Shown here: positions 23,081-36,508 of the stretch, one piece after another
Layout: each line of letters begins with the position of its first letter
Position numbering within the stretch: the stretch's first letter is position 1
Assembly: GCA_964019425.1 (NCBI GenBank)
Contig: OZ025793.1
Span: 434,001 to 498,000 of the forward strand
Direction of reading: 5' to 3'
Length of the DNA stretch: 64,000 nt
Source of the DNA: Flectonema sp. DT1601
Lineage: Eukaryota
The notes under the pieces: model-generated
The model's input: the letters and a program-made list of their open reading frames with translations, nothing else
Told to the model about the DNA's origin: nothing
The model's database searches: none
Position numbers and translations under genes: made by a program

Positions 23081-24244
23081 ATGCCTGAAGCAGGAAAACC
23101 ATTAACTCTTAGGGAGAAGATCGCGGCCCTCAAAAGAAAGGTTGGCGAAGGTACTAAAAACACCGAATCAAAAGAAGACATGCAACGAACTAAAGCAGAC
23201 AATATAAAACGTCATAAACGAGAGAAGATGGAGATGGCAAAAGCAGCAGCTGCCGAAGAGAATAGATTGAAAGAAGGATGGGAATTGGTAGCTGATAAAC
23301 TAAAAACTGTTATAGAATGGAGTCTTCTTGGTATAAAAGTACAAAGAGAAAAACTCTTCGAAGATATTAACTACACAGAATGGTTGGTTGATGTTGGATC
23401 TGAAGGAAAGTTCGTAGCGAGGATGTTATCTAATTCAAAGGAATCAAAAAAACTTCGAAATGTTCTTCAACTCGACCAGGAACGTGAATACGCATTTCAG
23501 AGCGCTGCTGGTCGTTACGGAGTTGGGTTGGTATCCCCTCACTTTATTCCTCCAATTGTCTTACACCGTTATAAAGCTGAAGTTGTGAATATTTCATCAT
23601 TAGAAAGTGATACTTCGTTTCGTGAATTAGCAACTTTTCTACGTCGTTTCCACGGCATGGAACACACTGGACTCACTCGATTCTTCTCTTTAAATGCTTT
23701 CATCGAAATCCAAGACATGATCTCTGCTATTAAGAAAGACAGCACTCTCTTTGAAAAAGTTGAGGGAATAAAGGAAATATCAATAAATAAAATGACAGAA
23801 GTAATCGATCAATTCTCTGAAATTCTCGGCAACCACCACGCTGATGATTTATCAAAGCAGTATGTCTGTCACAATATGTTGTCAGTGAACTGCTTTAAGA
23901 AGTTTATTCAGCCTGGAAAACCAGCTTCACTGTACCTCACTAACTTTCAATTCGCCTCCGTAGGAGATCGATATTACGATCTGGCTTGTTGTTCATATTT
24001 GAGTAAGTTTACTGACGACAGTGACACTGTTTTTCTCAGGATTTATTTTGAGGAAGAAGGTCCGCTTAAGAATCGTCAAATTGCTTGTTTTCGCCTTCTG
24101 AAAAGAGTAGCAATGTTCAGAACTGCCTTGTATTCACTACTATTGGGCGATTATACCGATGCGGAAACACGTTTGAAGGAATTTCAAGCTGTCGTGGATG
24201 ACTCCGATTTCGCAAGGTATATTGGAGAAGAGCTCATCAGTTAG
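23081..24244 (+). CDS. Choline/ethanolamine kinase (APH-like) fold protein, probably catalytically degenerate
   Basis: 'ELATFLRRFH', 'CHNMLSVNCF', 'LYLTNFQFASVGDRYYDLA' align with family motifs; ATG follows a CCCAACAG acceptor. Confidence 0.75.
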   Translation: MPEAGKPLTLREKIAALKRKVGEGTKNTESKEDMQRTKADNIKRHKREKMEMAKAAAAEENRLKEGWELVADKLKTVIEWSLLGIKVQREKLFEDINYTEWLVDVGSEGKFVARMLSNSKESKKLRNVLQLDQEREYAFQSAAGRYGVGLVSPHFIPPIVLHRYKAEVVNISSLESDTSFRELATFLRRFHGMEHTGLTRFFSLNAFIEIQDMISAIKKDSTLFEKVEGIKEISINKMTEVIDQFSEILGNHHADDLSKQYVCHNMLSVNCFKKFIQPGKPASLYLTNFQFASVGDRYYDLACCSYLSKFTDDSDTVFLRIYFEEEGPLKNRQIACFRLLKRVAMFRTALYSLLLGDYTDAETRLKEFQAVVDDSDFARYIGEELIS

Positions 24245-24457
24245 AGGATTAAACAGATTGTTATATCTGTTCTGTCTATCTAGAAAAACTAACTTCACAA
24301 TTATTTTCCTTATTCATGTTATGCGGTGATGTTTTTTTATTTACTGGCCAGTTAGCCGTAGAAAACTTAACAAGTATATCAGCATAAAGTCTATCTGGTA
24401 GTATGATTTTATTTAAAAAAATTTAATTTTCATTTCAGGTCATCGTTCCATCAGCTA

Positions 24458-25033
24458 ATGTCAGGACTTGTTGCTATGAATTTGGAAAAGTTGACCCACA
24501 GACAGGATGCCAGTCCTGTGGAAAGCATCACTTCATCGTCAGCGTCTTGGGATCTATCATCTGAACAAAGCAGTAAAGAGAGTCCCAGAGCTGTAGCGAT
24601 ATCTCACACCTTTGACGTTGAGCAACAACGAGAAATGATAAAAAGAGAGCAGCAAGCTGCGACACTAATCGTTATAAATGAAAAGTACCAAAATATGATG
24701 TGGAATCAAGAGGATGCTGCTAGGGTTGCTGTGATGTTAATTGCTGAAGCGAGAAGAGTCGATTTATCAACACACTCAGAGACTGTTTCAATTTCGAATA
24801 AAAAACAGAAATGGAGAGACATCACTTTAGCTGTAGAAACTTGTGGAAGAAATGTACTCACCAACTACCACGTCTTCAGGCCTGATATTCCTGCAGAGGC
24901 TGCTATAATTCACATCAACGAAACTCAATGCCGTCGCATGAGAACTCTTGATAAGATCCGAGAAAGTGGAAACCTTTTTGCACTTTCACATAATGATGAC
25001 TGTCAGCCTATAAAAGATGCACAAAGTCGATAA
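24458..25033 (+). CDS. Hypothetical protein, 191 aa
   Basis: ATG ORF after a TTTCAG acceptor; coding-like composition. Confidence 0.7.
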   Translation: MSGLVAMNLEKLTHRQDASPVESITSSSASWDLSSEQSSKESPRAVAISHTFDVEQQREMIKREQQAATLIVINEKYQNMMWNQEDAARVAVMLIAEARRVDLSTHSETVSISNKKQKWRDITLAVETCGRNVLTNYHVFRPDIPAEAAIIHINETQCRRMRTLDKIRESGNLFALSHNDDCQPIKDAQSR

Positions 25034-25195
25034 TACTGACGGCGATGTGCAAACAGATATCTAAGCATACTGGGGGCAAGTGTCGGCTTCTACAATACCG
25101 ATCAATCGTATACTCGTTTGGTAAAACAACATCATCTAACCAGCTTCTCACCCGACACCAATCTCGTTGAGGTTCTGTTACGGAATTGATATTGG

Positions 25196-25228
<33 letters not shown>

Positions 25229-25333
25229 TTGATTCTTTTTTTTTTTTTTTCTTTTCTTTCTTTTTCTTTTCCAACTCTGCGAGCTCCCTTCACTGATGAA
25301 AAAAAAAAAAAAAAAAGAAAATGTTCTTGTTAA

Positions 25334-25372
<39 letters not shown>

Positions 25373-26105
25373 TCAATGACATATATATAATTTGTTTTGT
25401 CCTTGTTTTCAATTACAAGTACTACTCTCTTCTATCTATAGTTTTGTAGAGCCAATTTAAAAAAAAAAAAAAAAAAAAAGTCTCTCGCTAATCAGGGGGT
25501 GTATGGTTATTTAGCCGTAGCTCATTATGGCTTCACACTTTTAAAACATAGTGTGAAGGAAGCAAAGGGGAAAAAAAAAAAAAAAAAAAAAACAGTAACC
25601 CAAGCAAAGTGATTCTCTATCTATTCACCTATCTTCAGCATTTTGGGTAATTTTTAAATTTTTTTCTTTTTTTTTTCCCTATAAAAAAAAAAAAGTTAAA
25701 TTAACTGAGAGTTTAACTCCCAGATGCCTTTTTCTCTGGTGTAATTGCTCAGATACGGAATGCAATTTCATATTTCTATCCTCAGCATTTTTTGTAAGCG
25801 ATTACCAGGGATGACTAAAAAAAAAGGCTATCTCACATAATTTGTTTTAACCAAAATGCCCCTTGGTTGATAATCTAATTGAGATATTGTTTAATGAAAT
25901 GTTCAGAGGAAGGAGCCTTTTCTCTTTTTTTTTTTGTTTTCCATTTCTATTCATCACTTCATCAAGTGATGTAGATGACCATTCTACATCAGCTGGCAAC
26001 CCCTTCGAACTGACTTTTCTCGAGGGGGGAATGATGGAGTAGAAAAACAAAACAAAAAAGAGAGAGAGAGAGAGAGTCCAGACTCTACTTTTAAAAAATT
26101 GTGTG

Positions 26106-26140
<35 letters not shown>

Positions 26141-29100
26141 AAATTTACGCAGTGATTCCTATCAGAGTGGTATTAGCGTAAATTTATTTATTTTTTCACC
26201 CCCCTCCTTAACTTCACTGCTATTTTGCGGTATTTTTACCCAGACGAGTACAGTGGCTAACAAAAAAAAGCAATACTGCTGCTTACATAAGATTTGCTGG
26301 TTTGCTTTATTTTTCTTCTTTTTTTTTTCTTTCTTTTTACAGTTGAAATATATCATAAATTAGTGACACAGAGGAGTCTTGTTGATTTCTATAAAAAACC
26401 TTCAACACAACACAACTCAAGTTAGGGTAGTAGATTTACGCTTCTGAATTAAATTACAAGTGATCTATTCACTTCTGAAAAATATTTTAGATGACTGTGG
26501 AAACATTGACTGTTTCCGTTTTCACACTTGTTTTTTTCCCCTTTCACCTTTTCATTCGGAAATTGATATATAAAATCAACTGATATGTTAGTTAGTATAA
26601 ACTTTTCATAACATGTTTCAGTAAGCGATTTCTTTACATACTGTTGGCTGTGTGTATGTAAGAAAATGCTAAGTAAGGACACAAACTTCACAACATCAGA
26701 AGGAAAAAAAAGAAATTGGGTGCTCGGAGTTAGATTCGTGAAGCATCCCTCCGAAGAGCGCCTGGGAATTTTTTTTATTTTTGTTGTTTTTTTTTTCCCC
26801 TTTTTTTTCCCCCCCTCGATTTTACTTTTTTTTTTATCCATAGCAATCGGTATGGCTTGGTTTTATTGCGGCCTGTTTTCGCATAAGGCTTTTCTGGTTA
26901 GGCAAATATAGTATTGCACTTAGATTTAAAAAAAAAAGAAGATTGGTTGGTACACTGTTGCCACCCTTCAGGGGATTCTTCTCGTGGTTTTCTTCTTTTT
27001 TTTTTTTTAAAAAATAATTTTCCATAATTTAAAGAAAAAAATGAAAGAAGGAAAAAAAAAAAAAAAAAAAGTGATCCTAGCTGGTGTGCCTTTTCAGCGT
27101 ACGCAAAGATGTGAGCTGCTCTGATATGATACAAATGAGCAAAACTAACATTAAGAAAACAACGGAATACTTGTATTTCCTCACAATGTTCAAATCATAT
27201 TTACAGCCAGCCTCCACAGAACGGCAACGGTTCGCATTTCTGGTCTGATGGTGTTTTCAGCCCCAGGAAGTTCTACTGCCGGGGAGTCACCTACAGACCG
27301 ATCCAATTTACAGCCTGATTGAAAAGCGACACTCTTGTTTCTGATCAGGTGATTAGGCTATCTAACTTAAGGCTACCTCAAATATCAAGGGCGCGGTACT
27401 GCCCGAAGGGTTCCCGCATATCGAGAAGCAATTACGTTGCATTTACTCAGCAGAAGTTTCGCAACGGAGGTTACTACACATCTCTAACCTCTGTGTAGTA
27501 CTAGTCATGCACTCACAATGGACCCAGGGATATTCTGGGAAAGTAAAGTAGTTGGTCTATTAGACGAAAAGTCACCGGGATTTCGAAAAGAAATTTACAG
27601 ATGTAGAAGTTTTCCCTAAAAATAAAATAAAAAAGAATCGGATTCAGTGCATTTCGTTCATAAATTCTGTTCAGGTGTGGTTTTCATTCATACCTCTCTT
27701 CTCAATAAACCCTTTTTTCAGCTAACAACCCCCCCGTCGTTTCTATCTCATGTTTCTTTCGTGTTTTTTAGCTTCAAGAAAAAAAAAAAAAAAAAGGTAA
27801 GTTTCTACCCCCCCGTGTTACGTCAAAGTTTCAAATCTTCGACTAGAATGGTTTTATCCGTTAAAATAATTTTTTTTTTTTTTTTGCAACTTAACAAACG
27901 CAGGCGAAGTAATGAAGTACTGGCAGTACGAAAACTTGCAAGACTTTTCAGCGCAGTTTTCGCGAATCAAAAAACCTTGGTAGCGATCATCACAGCACTA
28001 CTCTAGAGTCTATCTATGCATGTTTTCTGTTTTTTTCTTTTTTTCTCTTCCTCTGATAGGTTTGAAGGCTACCCTGTCACTAAATTTCCCCCCTTGCTCC
28101 CTTTTTCATCATCGTCGTTTAAGAAAAAGAAAAAGAAAACAAAACGTTGTCTTGATGTAGTTAAAGTTTAATAGCTTCAGGCCGATTACATAAACACTCC
28201 ACGAGTCTGTTTTTGGTTTCTAACGGAACTCATCAGCATATTCAAGAGTGGTGTTGCTTTTTTTTTTTTTTTCGTTTTGAATGTCGTCTTTCTGTGCAAG
28301 TTTATCGAAATTCGCAAAAAAACATTCCTCAACCTGAAATACGGAGAAATTGAAATGGCAAACACATCTTCTGAATTAGTAAACTGGGTCACTAAGTTGA
28401 CCAGTCAGGCAAGCATATCGCCGTCACAATAGAAAAAGAGGTCTAAATGGCCTTTAAAACAAGTCATCTACTAATTCGTTTATATCATCTCACTCTCTGT
28501 GATAGAGACATCCAATAGATAATCCAGCCAGTCAGACGTCGATAAGTCTTCTTTCAGTCAATAGAAGAGACAAAGATAACTCTCCTACTTCGTTCTTTCC
28601 CTTAAGGCATTGTGCATCCCCAAGTAGTTCTTCGTACACCTCCTGTCTTTGTAGTTGGAATCTCATTAGGGGTCGCTTTGAAGCTTGTTCAAACCTTTTC
28701 TTCTTTTTTTTTCATGCAAGCTTGCATGAAAGGCTTCCCTCGACACATATCAACGTGTAGCGTTAGTGGTGTTTTACTTTTTGGTGAGCTTGTAGTTTTT
28801 ATGAGTTTTTCTTTTTTTAATCGTGCAGACAAGTTCTTATTCAAGCCTATGTTGTCTACTTGTTAAGTCAGTTTTTTTGTCTACTGGATGTGTTCTTGAC
28901 CCTTTTTTTAATCCCCAGCTCTCTCTCTGTTTTTTTTTAATTATCTTATTGTTTTTTTTTTTTTATGGTCGGCAATTCGCGGTCTAATGTTCAGCCTGTT
29001 GCCTCAAACAATATTACATACGTAATCGTTTGTTACTCGTGTGGGCAAGAAGTGTGAAGGTTTGCCGGTCCCTCTCTCTCCCTATTTTTCGCTTTTCCTT

Positions 29101-30616
29101 TGTGTCGGTATGTTGGCTAAAAAGGCCTAGTGCTCGGAAGGCGTGTTTGACTTTTTATCCCAAATCTCCTCCCACCCTTTTTTTTGTTTTTATTGTTGTA
29201 GGGTACTTTTCTTTTAGCTAAGGGTTAAAAGCAGAGTCCTTCTCGACGTGAAAGTAGCTTACCTTATATGCAGTTGTTTCTTTTATTTATTTAATTTCCC
29301 TATCCCGCTGTTATCTCAGTCAATCCTGTACTCGTACACCACCCGACATGCTGAAGGTCATGTCGGCATCCGTTCGTCGCTATCTTGTTATTAATGGTGG
29401 ATGTGTTTTTTTTTTTTATAAGTTTTTTACATTTTTTTTTACATCAGATACATTTGAATTAGGTACGTTAGACCTTCCTAACCTTACATTAAGATACTAG
29501 CAGGCTACTATCAGGTGAATATCCCATCTTCTCGGCAGTAAGATGGGTTTAACACACGTTTCCTGGAAGGGATGATTTCTTGTTTGAATGCACAGACGTA
29601 CTCTCTTCTTGGGATGACCTATCTACTAGCCGTTTTTTTTTTTTTTTTTTTTCGATCTTGCCTCGTATTTGCCTCGCGATGTCAGTCATGTTGGCTATCT
29701 ATCCGACCAGACCCTAACCCTTTTTTTTTCTTTTTCTTCTTTTTTTTTTTGTACCTACAAACTCATTGCTGCGTATAAAGGGAATCATAGCAGCGTAACT
29801 AACCTATTCCTTTATTAGGATTTTGTACCGTTGCGCACGAACAAAACAAAGGTGTGAGTAAAAAAAAAAAAGTAAAAAGCGAGTTTTTTTAGTCGATTCT
29901 TTTTTTAGTTATTAAATTACGTGAATTCTTATAAACAATTTTTTGCAGGTGTTGATGATAGTTTTTATGTTGATTTCCTTTTTTTTTTTTTTTATTTCTT
30001 CGTCTTTTCCCGTTATTCCCCTAACCTCACCTCGCTAACATTGGTTACTACCACCTACCACCTTGGAGAATCTTCCCTAGATTTCCTCCCTACTTCCTTA
30101 TGTTGTGCGCAAGAAGATTATTATACATAACCCTATCCAAAAATGAGACAGAGAGAGAAGGAAAAAAAAAAAAAAAAAAACTTTTTTTGGGTTGAAAATA
30201 TAATATTATATAAAGTAGACTCCGTAGCGGAGATTAAATCTTCTTAAAAAAGACTATATCGATATTCGTACCCGCCGTGCAGGGGGAAAAAAAAAAAACT
30301 TTCGTAACAAGAGATAACAAAACGAATGAAGAAAGGGAGGGGAAAAGAAAATATGCAGGTGTAGAATATGTAGAAAACTTATCCCCTCCCCATCCCGGAA
30401 ATAAAAGAAAAGAAAAAAAAGAAATGAGACCTTTCCATTATTGAGAAATTGAAAGCTGGTATTTTTATTTATTTTAATTCTTGTAAATCAAGATTTTTTT
30501 CAACGAATTATATGCCTCCGATATTCATTTGTGGCGTTCGTTCAGCAGCTTAGCTGTGAAGACACTGAAATAATAATAAAAGACATTTTGAGATTTTTTT
30601 CCCCCTCCCTTTTGAA

Positions 30617-30699
30617 GAACTAATGTTAAATTATCGTTATGTTGTTTATGATGCAATACATTTGTATTTTACGTACAAACTCGAACAGTTAACCCCCCT
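30617..30699. repeat. Dispersed repeat family A, copy 2
   Basis: Two substitutions relative to 4-86. Confidence 0.9.
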
Positions 30700-31972
30700 T
30701 TTGAAGTTACCTCCTCTTACTGTCTGCTCGCGGGCAGGTGTTTCTAAGTGTCTCACGGTTGGCTGGTAGCAATCTAACTGTTACCCTGTTGAGCTTTTTC
30801 CTGACTTTTGGCTTCCTAGATTTCGTAACATAAATAAGTACTTGATTGTTGATAAGCCTTCCTCTGCCTCAACTCTGGAAAATCTGTTTCTTTTTAATTA
30901 TGTAGCTGCATTCCTAACCTCATGTAAGCTTGTTGGTGAGTATTTTGTGTTTTAGAGTGGAGGAGTGGGGGGAAAAAAAAAAAAAACGTTTATTTGAAAA
31001 GATGAGCTCCTGTGCTACTGACACGCATTCAGGTATTTCTTCTTTTCGCACATATGAAGTAGTTTTTCCCATTTTTTTTTTCTTTTCGTAACAATAAATG
31101 AGTTTTGGAGGTAATGTGGCAGCGTTCAGCTAGTTTGAAAAAACGAATTTTCTGAACCTTCGTTTTGCAAACGGGGTTTCCTCGACTGGTGCACAAATAA
31201 ATGCTGCTGACGTCCTTTTCTTGTTTGTGATTTTATTTTTATTTTATTCTATTGGTTTTGAGTTTTGTTTCTTCTTGGATTGAAAGAAAGAAAGAGAAAA
31301 AAAAAGGGTGAAGAAGAAGAAGAAAAAGAGCAAATAACGCAATGACAGACAAGGAAGCTAAATTTCGGTCCTTTCGTGTATGTTTTTAGTATTGTGTGAA
31401 AAACCCGATTCTACGGGAATGCTCTTTGCATTTCCGTTTAGGTAAACAGACTCTCCCTTTTGAGTCACCATCGAGTGATATTTTAGATAGTCTCTTCGTG
31501 TGTTACTACTGACTTACGTGGAGTGGCTGTCTTTGGTGCCACAGAGTACAAGGAAATGATATAGAAGAAATAAGGTGGAATTCATATCGAAATTTGAGTG
31601 GCAGACCAGCTGGAAATCTGGCGACTACTATTGTCTGCGTTACCCCCCTTTGGGAATCTTCTATTTTTTTTTGTGTTTTCATCCCCCATATTTCTTTTTG
31701 AAAAAATTACTTTTTTTTCCCTTCTTTTTTCTTTTTGAGATACCTTGTTTTCCTTCGTTTCCCCTTCTAAGAACCGACATGTCGTCCAGCACTCATAATA
31801 TACAGCAACTTTAGACTGAATTAGTAAGCAGTATTATTGCTCTTCCCCCGCCAGCTATGACGATGAGAATAGAGGTAAAGAGGTCCATAGTTTACTCTCG
31901 ATACGAATAGTTGTTAATGTTATGAATTATATTTTTTTAAAGGACGACAAGTAGTTCACTAAGAGAAATAAA

Positions 31973-33668
31973 ATGGGGGCCCCGGAACACCCGGACCACG
32001 TAGGACGTAGACAGGTACTTGATGATCCTACTGGAGCATTCAAGGAGAAGAGAACTACTGATGATGAATCAGACTCTGATGAGGAGGACAACAGCATCAT
32101 GATTGACAAGACGAAGGAGCAGCTTCACGAGGAGGCCAAGGCGAGATGGCAAATGTACCACTACCCAACATGGAGTGGATACTTCTTCTGGGCTGTCTTC
32201 GTTGTTTGCCTTTCCAACTTGATTTTGACTTTGGACCAGTGGCACGGAACCCACGCCTGGAGACAGCCATTCGATGTTTACCCAGAGAACAAGATATACG
32301 GAGGTTGGGAAGATGATACCCTTCGTATCGTCGGATCCATCATTGGTGTTGTCGCCGCCATCAACACCGTCGTACAGACTCCATCTGCCGATACCTACAA
32401 AGTTCTATTCTGCCTTCTCTTCGCCACCTCCATCCTTCACGCTATTCAGTTCGGAAAGGATTTGTTCCACTTGAACGTATGTATTATTTTTATATTAAAC
32501 TCCTTATTGAATATTTAAACTAATTACCACAATAACAACACAGAGAGCTGTCGATCTCCCAGAGTGCAATCAGATTAATGACTTGAAGACTGCTAAATAC
32601 ATCTGTGACTTCTCTCCATTCAGAGCCACTATTATCTTTGATATCTTAGCTAGTGGTTTCTCAGGTCTTCTTGCTTTCTACACCGTGTACCAGGCCCATT
32701 CAGGTATCGTGTCAAGACGTAAGGTCTACAACGAACAAAGCCACAAGTGGGAGAAGATCACTCTCTTGCCCCACGAGCCATACTACAGCGTATGTTTTGT
32801 TTCATTTTCTTCTCAAAAGACTAGTTTACGAGTGAAGTGGCAGCGTAGCGCTATCCTTTCCTTTAAGGGTTTGTTTTTCTAGCTGCGCATTGGGGAACTA
32901 GTGGGATTATATTGTCACGTTAATCCTTGATGAATGATTGATTTTTATGTTTCTTTACTGATATAAATAATAATATAAAAACAGGCCTTCCCAAAGAAGT
33001 TCAAGAAGCAGCTTCCATCCTACAGATTCTTGTCGATTGTTGCGTTGGCGTGTAACGCAGTTCTGATTGGTTTGACTGCTACCCAGACCACAAGTGACTT
33101 TTTGATGGGACCACAGGACAAGGAACCACGTTACAACATCTACCGTAACACTCCAAGAGATTTGTACGTCATTCAGGGAGACGAATGGATCAGACACGGA
33201 AGCTGGCCAGAGTCTAACTTCGATCTTCGTCTTTCAGCCAACGCATTCTCACTTGTAATTGTTGCCTTTGGTATCCAATGGGTAAGAACTGGAAGATTTA
33301 CTCAGCTGATCGTTATCTTATCTTTGATTGGTGGTGGTATCTTGTACCTCAGTTCCTTCGCTCTTGATTTGATGGAATACAATGACGTTATTAGCGAAGG
33401 TTGCAGTTACCAGGAGGCTAACTTCAGCAAGTGTGTTTACTACAGATACCAGGCTTTGATTATTTTAGATGGATTCTGTGGATTCCTGTTGTGCTTCTTT
33501 GGAACCTACTTCTTGGTTACTCACCAACAGCAATGCGCTCGTCCAAGAGAGCTTCTTGACACCCACCCATACGGTTGGTGGTTCTATGGTGAGTGGAAGG
33601 CAAAGCGTGCTGCTAAGGCTCGTGAGGCAGCATTTGCCCATGGTGCTGTCGGTCCAGACGACGAGTAA
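31973..33668 (+). CDS. Multi-pass membrane protein (~477 aa); exons 31973-32476, 32544-32789, 32985-33668
   Basis: Two GTATGT...CAG introns join three ORF pieces in frame; about 8 hydrophobic segments in two similar halves. Confidence 0.85.
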
Positions 33669-35264
33669 ATTTTGCAATATTTATATCTGTATAAAAATAG
33701 TGATCACAAAAGGGAAGCCTTATTTTCCTAATGCGTCCTGACCTCCCTCCGTGCCTGTAGTTGCTGTTTGTGACTCTCAGGTCTCACATGTAAAACACCT
33801 CTCTTGGTATCACTATCACCAAAAAATAAACAGAAAAAAAAAAAAATAATAAAGGGTTGTCCTCTCTAGACAGGTCGCCTCACTGCCCATCCCCCTGCCC
33901 CCCTTGAAATCCCCCCCTGGAATACTTAATTCAGATTCACCCATAGTCATAACCTTTTCCTAAAGAAGAAATTGAAGAAGAAAAAAAAAAAAAATATATG
34001 TTGCGATTCTTCAATCCTCGAAGCATTTGTGGGATAAATTGCACTACCACACCTGCACATAAATAAGTATATTTCCTCTGATATGCGTAAGTATTGATAT
34101 CTTTATTTCTGATCTTATATATAACAGGTCATTTCTTTTGATCATCTCAAAACTTTCGGGGATGTTTTCGTTTTTTTTTATTTATTTTTTCTTTATTTAT
34201 TTTATTTCTTTTTTTTTTTTTCATTCTATTTTTGCTCACTGTTGTTGTTCGTCTCGTAGAGTTACGAGGACAACTTGGTTTGCATTTACAGTATTGCTTT
34301 CTTTGAGCGATTTGATGGTCTCCACTTTTTGTTCTAAGAAAACTATAGTTATAAAAAAAAAAAATTAAAAAAAGCCTCATTTCCCTCCATTTCACTTTTT
34401 CCCCATTAATGCGCGGTAGTGTTTCCCCGTTAGAAAAAAAAAAGAGAAAAAAAATACACTTTCTGAATTCTAGTAGTCTATTTATCTGCTTCAGTTTTTT
34501 TTTTATTTCTTCTTTTCATTTTATTTCTTTCTGGTTTTATTGTTTTTTTTTCACAACAACACGACCTGAATTATTTAAAAGAAGTAAGACTCACCATGCT
34601 GAGTTATCTTCAAGAAAAAGCAGTACTGAAGTGAAAGAGAGAAATAAAACAAAGGGGGGAAAAAAAAAATTAATGATAAAGCTACCCGACGATGTCAGTT
34701 GTGTTAGGTGAGCGCGATCTTTCTTCTCTATTTTTAGTTCCCTTTTGATTGCGTACATCTTCCCCTACCAACCCCCTTCATTTATGTTGTGTCTTTGGCA
34801 AAGAAACAAGAGAAGTTTCCCTGCAGCACATACTTGGTTGAGGAAGGTTCTAGTTACTGATACAAAAAAAGAAGGAAAGACAAAAAAAAAAAAAAAAAGC
34901 CCCAAGACCCGGAATTGAACAAAACAAGTGTAAATCCCCTACTCCGCATTCCCTCCAGTCATTCTCGAATAAGTGGTGTCTTCGCTATCGTTTGTTTTTG
35001 GTCTTCCTTTGAGATAGAAATATCAAAAAACCGAGATGTGAAATACGACTTATTCGATAGTGCCCACCCCAATGTTCTCCATTCCCTTGTGTTTCCCTGT
35101 TGATGTGTACTTCTTATTTGTGTTTGTTACTACCTTACTTCATTACTACAGACTTCAATGTACCTCCCTCCTCCTCATCAGAAGAACAGCTTGTCTGTTT
35201 TCTTCATCTCATCTTTTTATATCAGGCACACGATATGTCTGTTGTGTTATAGTTGTGAAGATTA

Positions 35265-36092
35265 ATGTCACCCACACGATGGGGAACTAGTGGAATTGTT
35301 TTAGCATTCACTGGGATTATAACTATCTTGGTTGGTGTTGTACTCTGCCTGTCTGGGTTAAAAGGTGTTGCTCTAACTGAGGAATGGAGCGTTCATGTGT
35401 GCAGAGTTGAACGAGTTATCTATAGAGAAGTGCTGCTGCAAAACCCTCTAGTGATGCCGAGAGGAGCACAGCTGAGGCTTAAAACTGCTGTTCATCTTTC
35501 ATGGAATGATAAAGACAATATAAAACATATTGGTATCTGGAATGCTATAAATGGTGTAGTTAATTATGATACTATGTCTGGAGAGAAGACTTGGGATACT
35601 CTCATAGCCAATAGCCGTAAGAATATTATCGTAACATTAACATCTGGACAGACTTACCCAAATACGAGTACTCTAATAAATTGGTATCGACAATCAAAGA
35701 TAAATGAGAAACCATACGAAGTTGAATTACTTCCAAGTCAGGTTGAAGTTGTAAAGATCACCACCGCTTCGTATTTTGGTGGATCAGATATCGTAACTAT
35801 ATATCCAAGTTCTAAGACACCAATTATGTGCTTTGCACCAACTCAGTGTACTGAAGGTTGTATGTTGATGGTTTCTGACCCAGAAATCGTACGGTCAAAA
35901 GCTGAACGAATTCTCATAACTGGCTTCATCTTTACTTTTACAGTCATCTGTTGTTTTGCAATTGTTCAGAAAGCAACCAGAGACTCTCTTTGTCACTTTC
36001 AATCTTCTGCAACAAGTTTCTGCACAGCAGTCGTTTCATTCGCAGAAAACCCCGAAGAGAGAACACCACTTGTGAGTAGGCAACATGCTTAA
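35265..36092 (+). CDS. Two-TM membrane protein, 275 aa
   Basis: N- and C-terminal hydrophobic helices flanking a Cys-containing loop; C-terminal ERTPLV dileucine-like motif. Confidence 0.75.
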   Translation: MSPTRWGTSGIVLAFTGIITILVGVVLCLSGLKGVALTEEWSVHVCRVERVIYREVLLQNPLVMPRGAQLRLKTAVHLSWNDKDNIKHIGIWNAINGVVNYDTMSGEKTWDTLIANSRKNIIVTLTSGQTYPNTSTLINWYRQSKINEKPYEVELLPSQVEVVKITTASYFGGSDIVTIYPSSKTPIMCFAPTQCTEGCMLMVSDPEIVRSKAERILITGFIFTFTVICCFAIVQKATRDSLCHFQSSATSFCTAVVSFAENPEERTPLVSRQHA

Positions 36093-36508
36093 CTAAAACA
36101 ATTAGAGTTATTGTTCTTTAGGGTAATTTGTTATTATTTTTATTATTTTGTATCTTTTTTTTTTCACGGATAACTTTGTAAATATATCTTCTTCAGCCTC
36201 CTTTCGAAACACTGTTGGCTGTTAAGTCTATTAGTTTACTTGCTTGGGATCGGCACTTTTTGTATATTTTGTTTTCTTTCATCGTTTTTTTTGTTAATGT
36301 TTGTATTTTAATATTCAATTCCTGGACACAAACTTACTAATTTTAAAATATTTATTTGTTGGGTGTGATCTTTAGTCTTATCTTGTTCATTCTTCTTCCA
36401 GGCAATTACTATGTTTTTTTTTTTTTTTAAAATTAAAATTGCGGTGTAATTTTTTTTATTTCATAAAATAATTACTCCAACAGCAACATTACGGTTGCCT
36501 AACAAAAT

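Noticed and set aside
25008..31814. Many short poly-Lys/poly-Phe ORFs here and in other intergenic regions
   Set aside because: Translations of A/T homopolymers.
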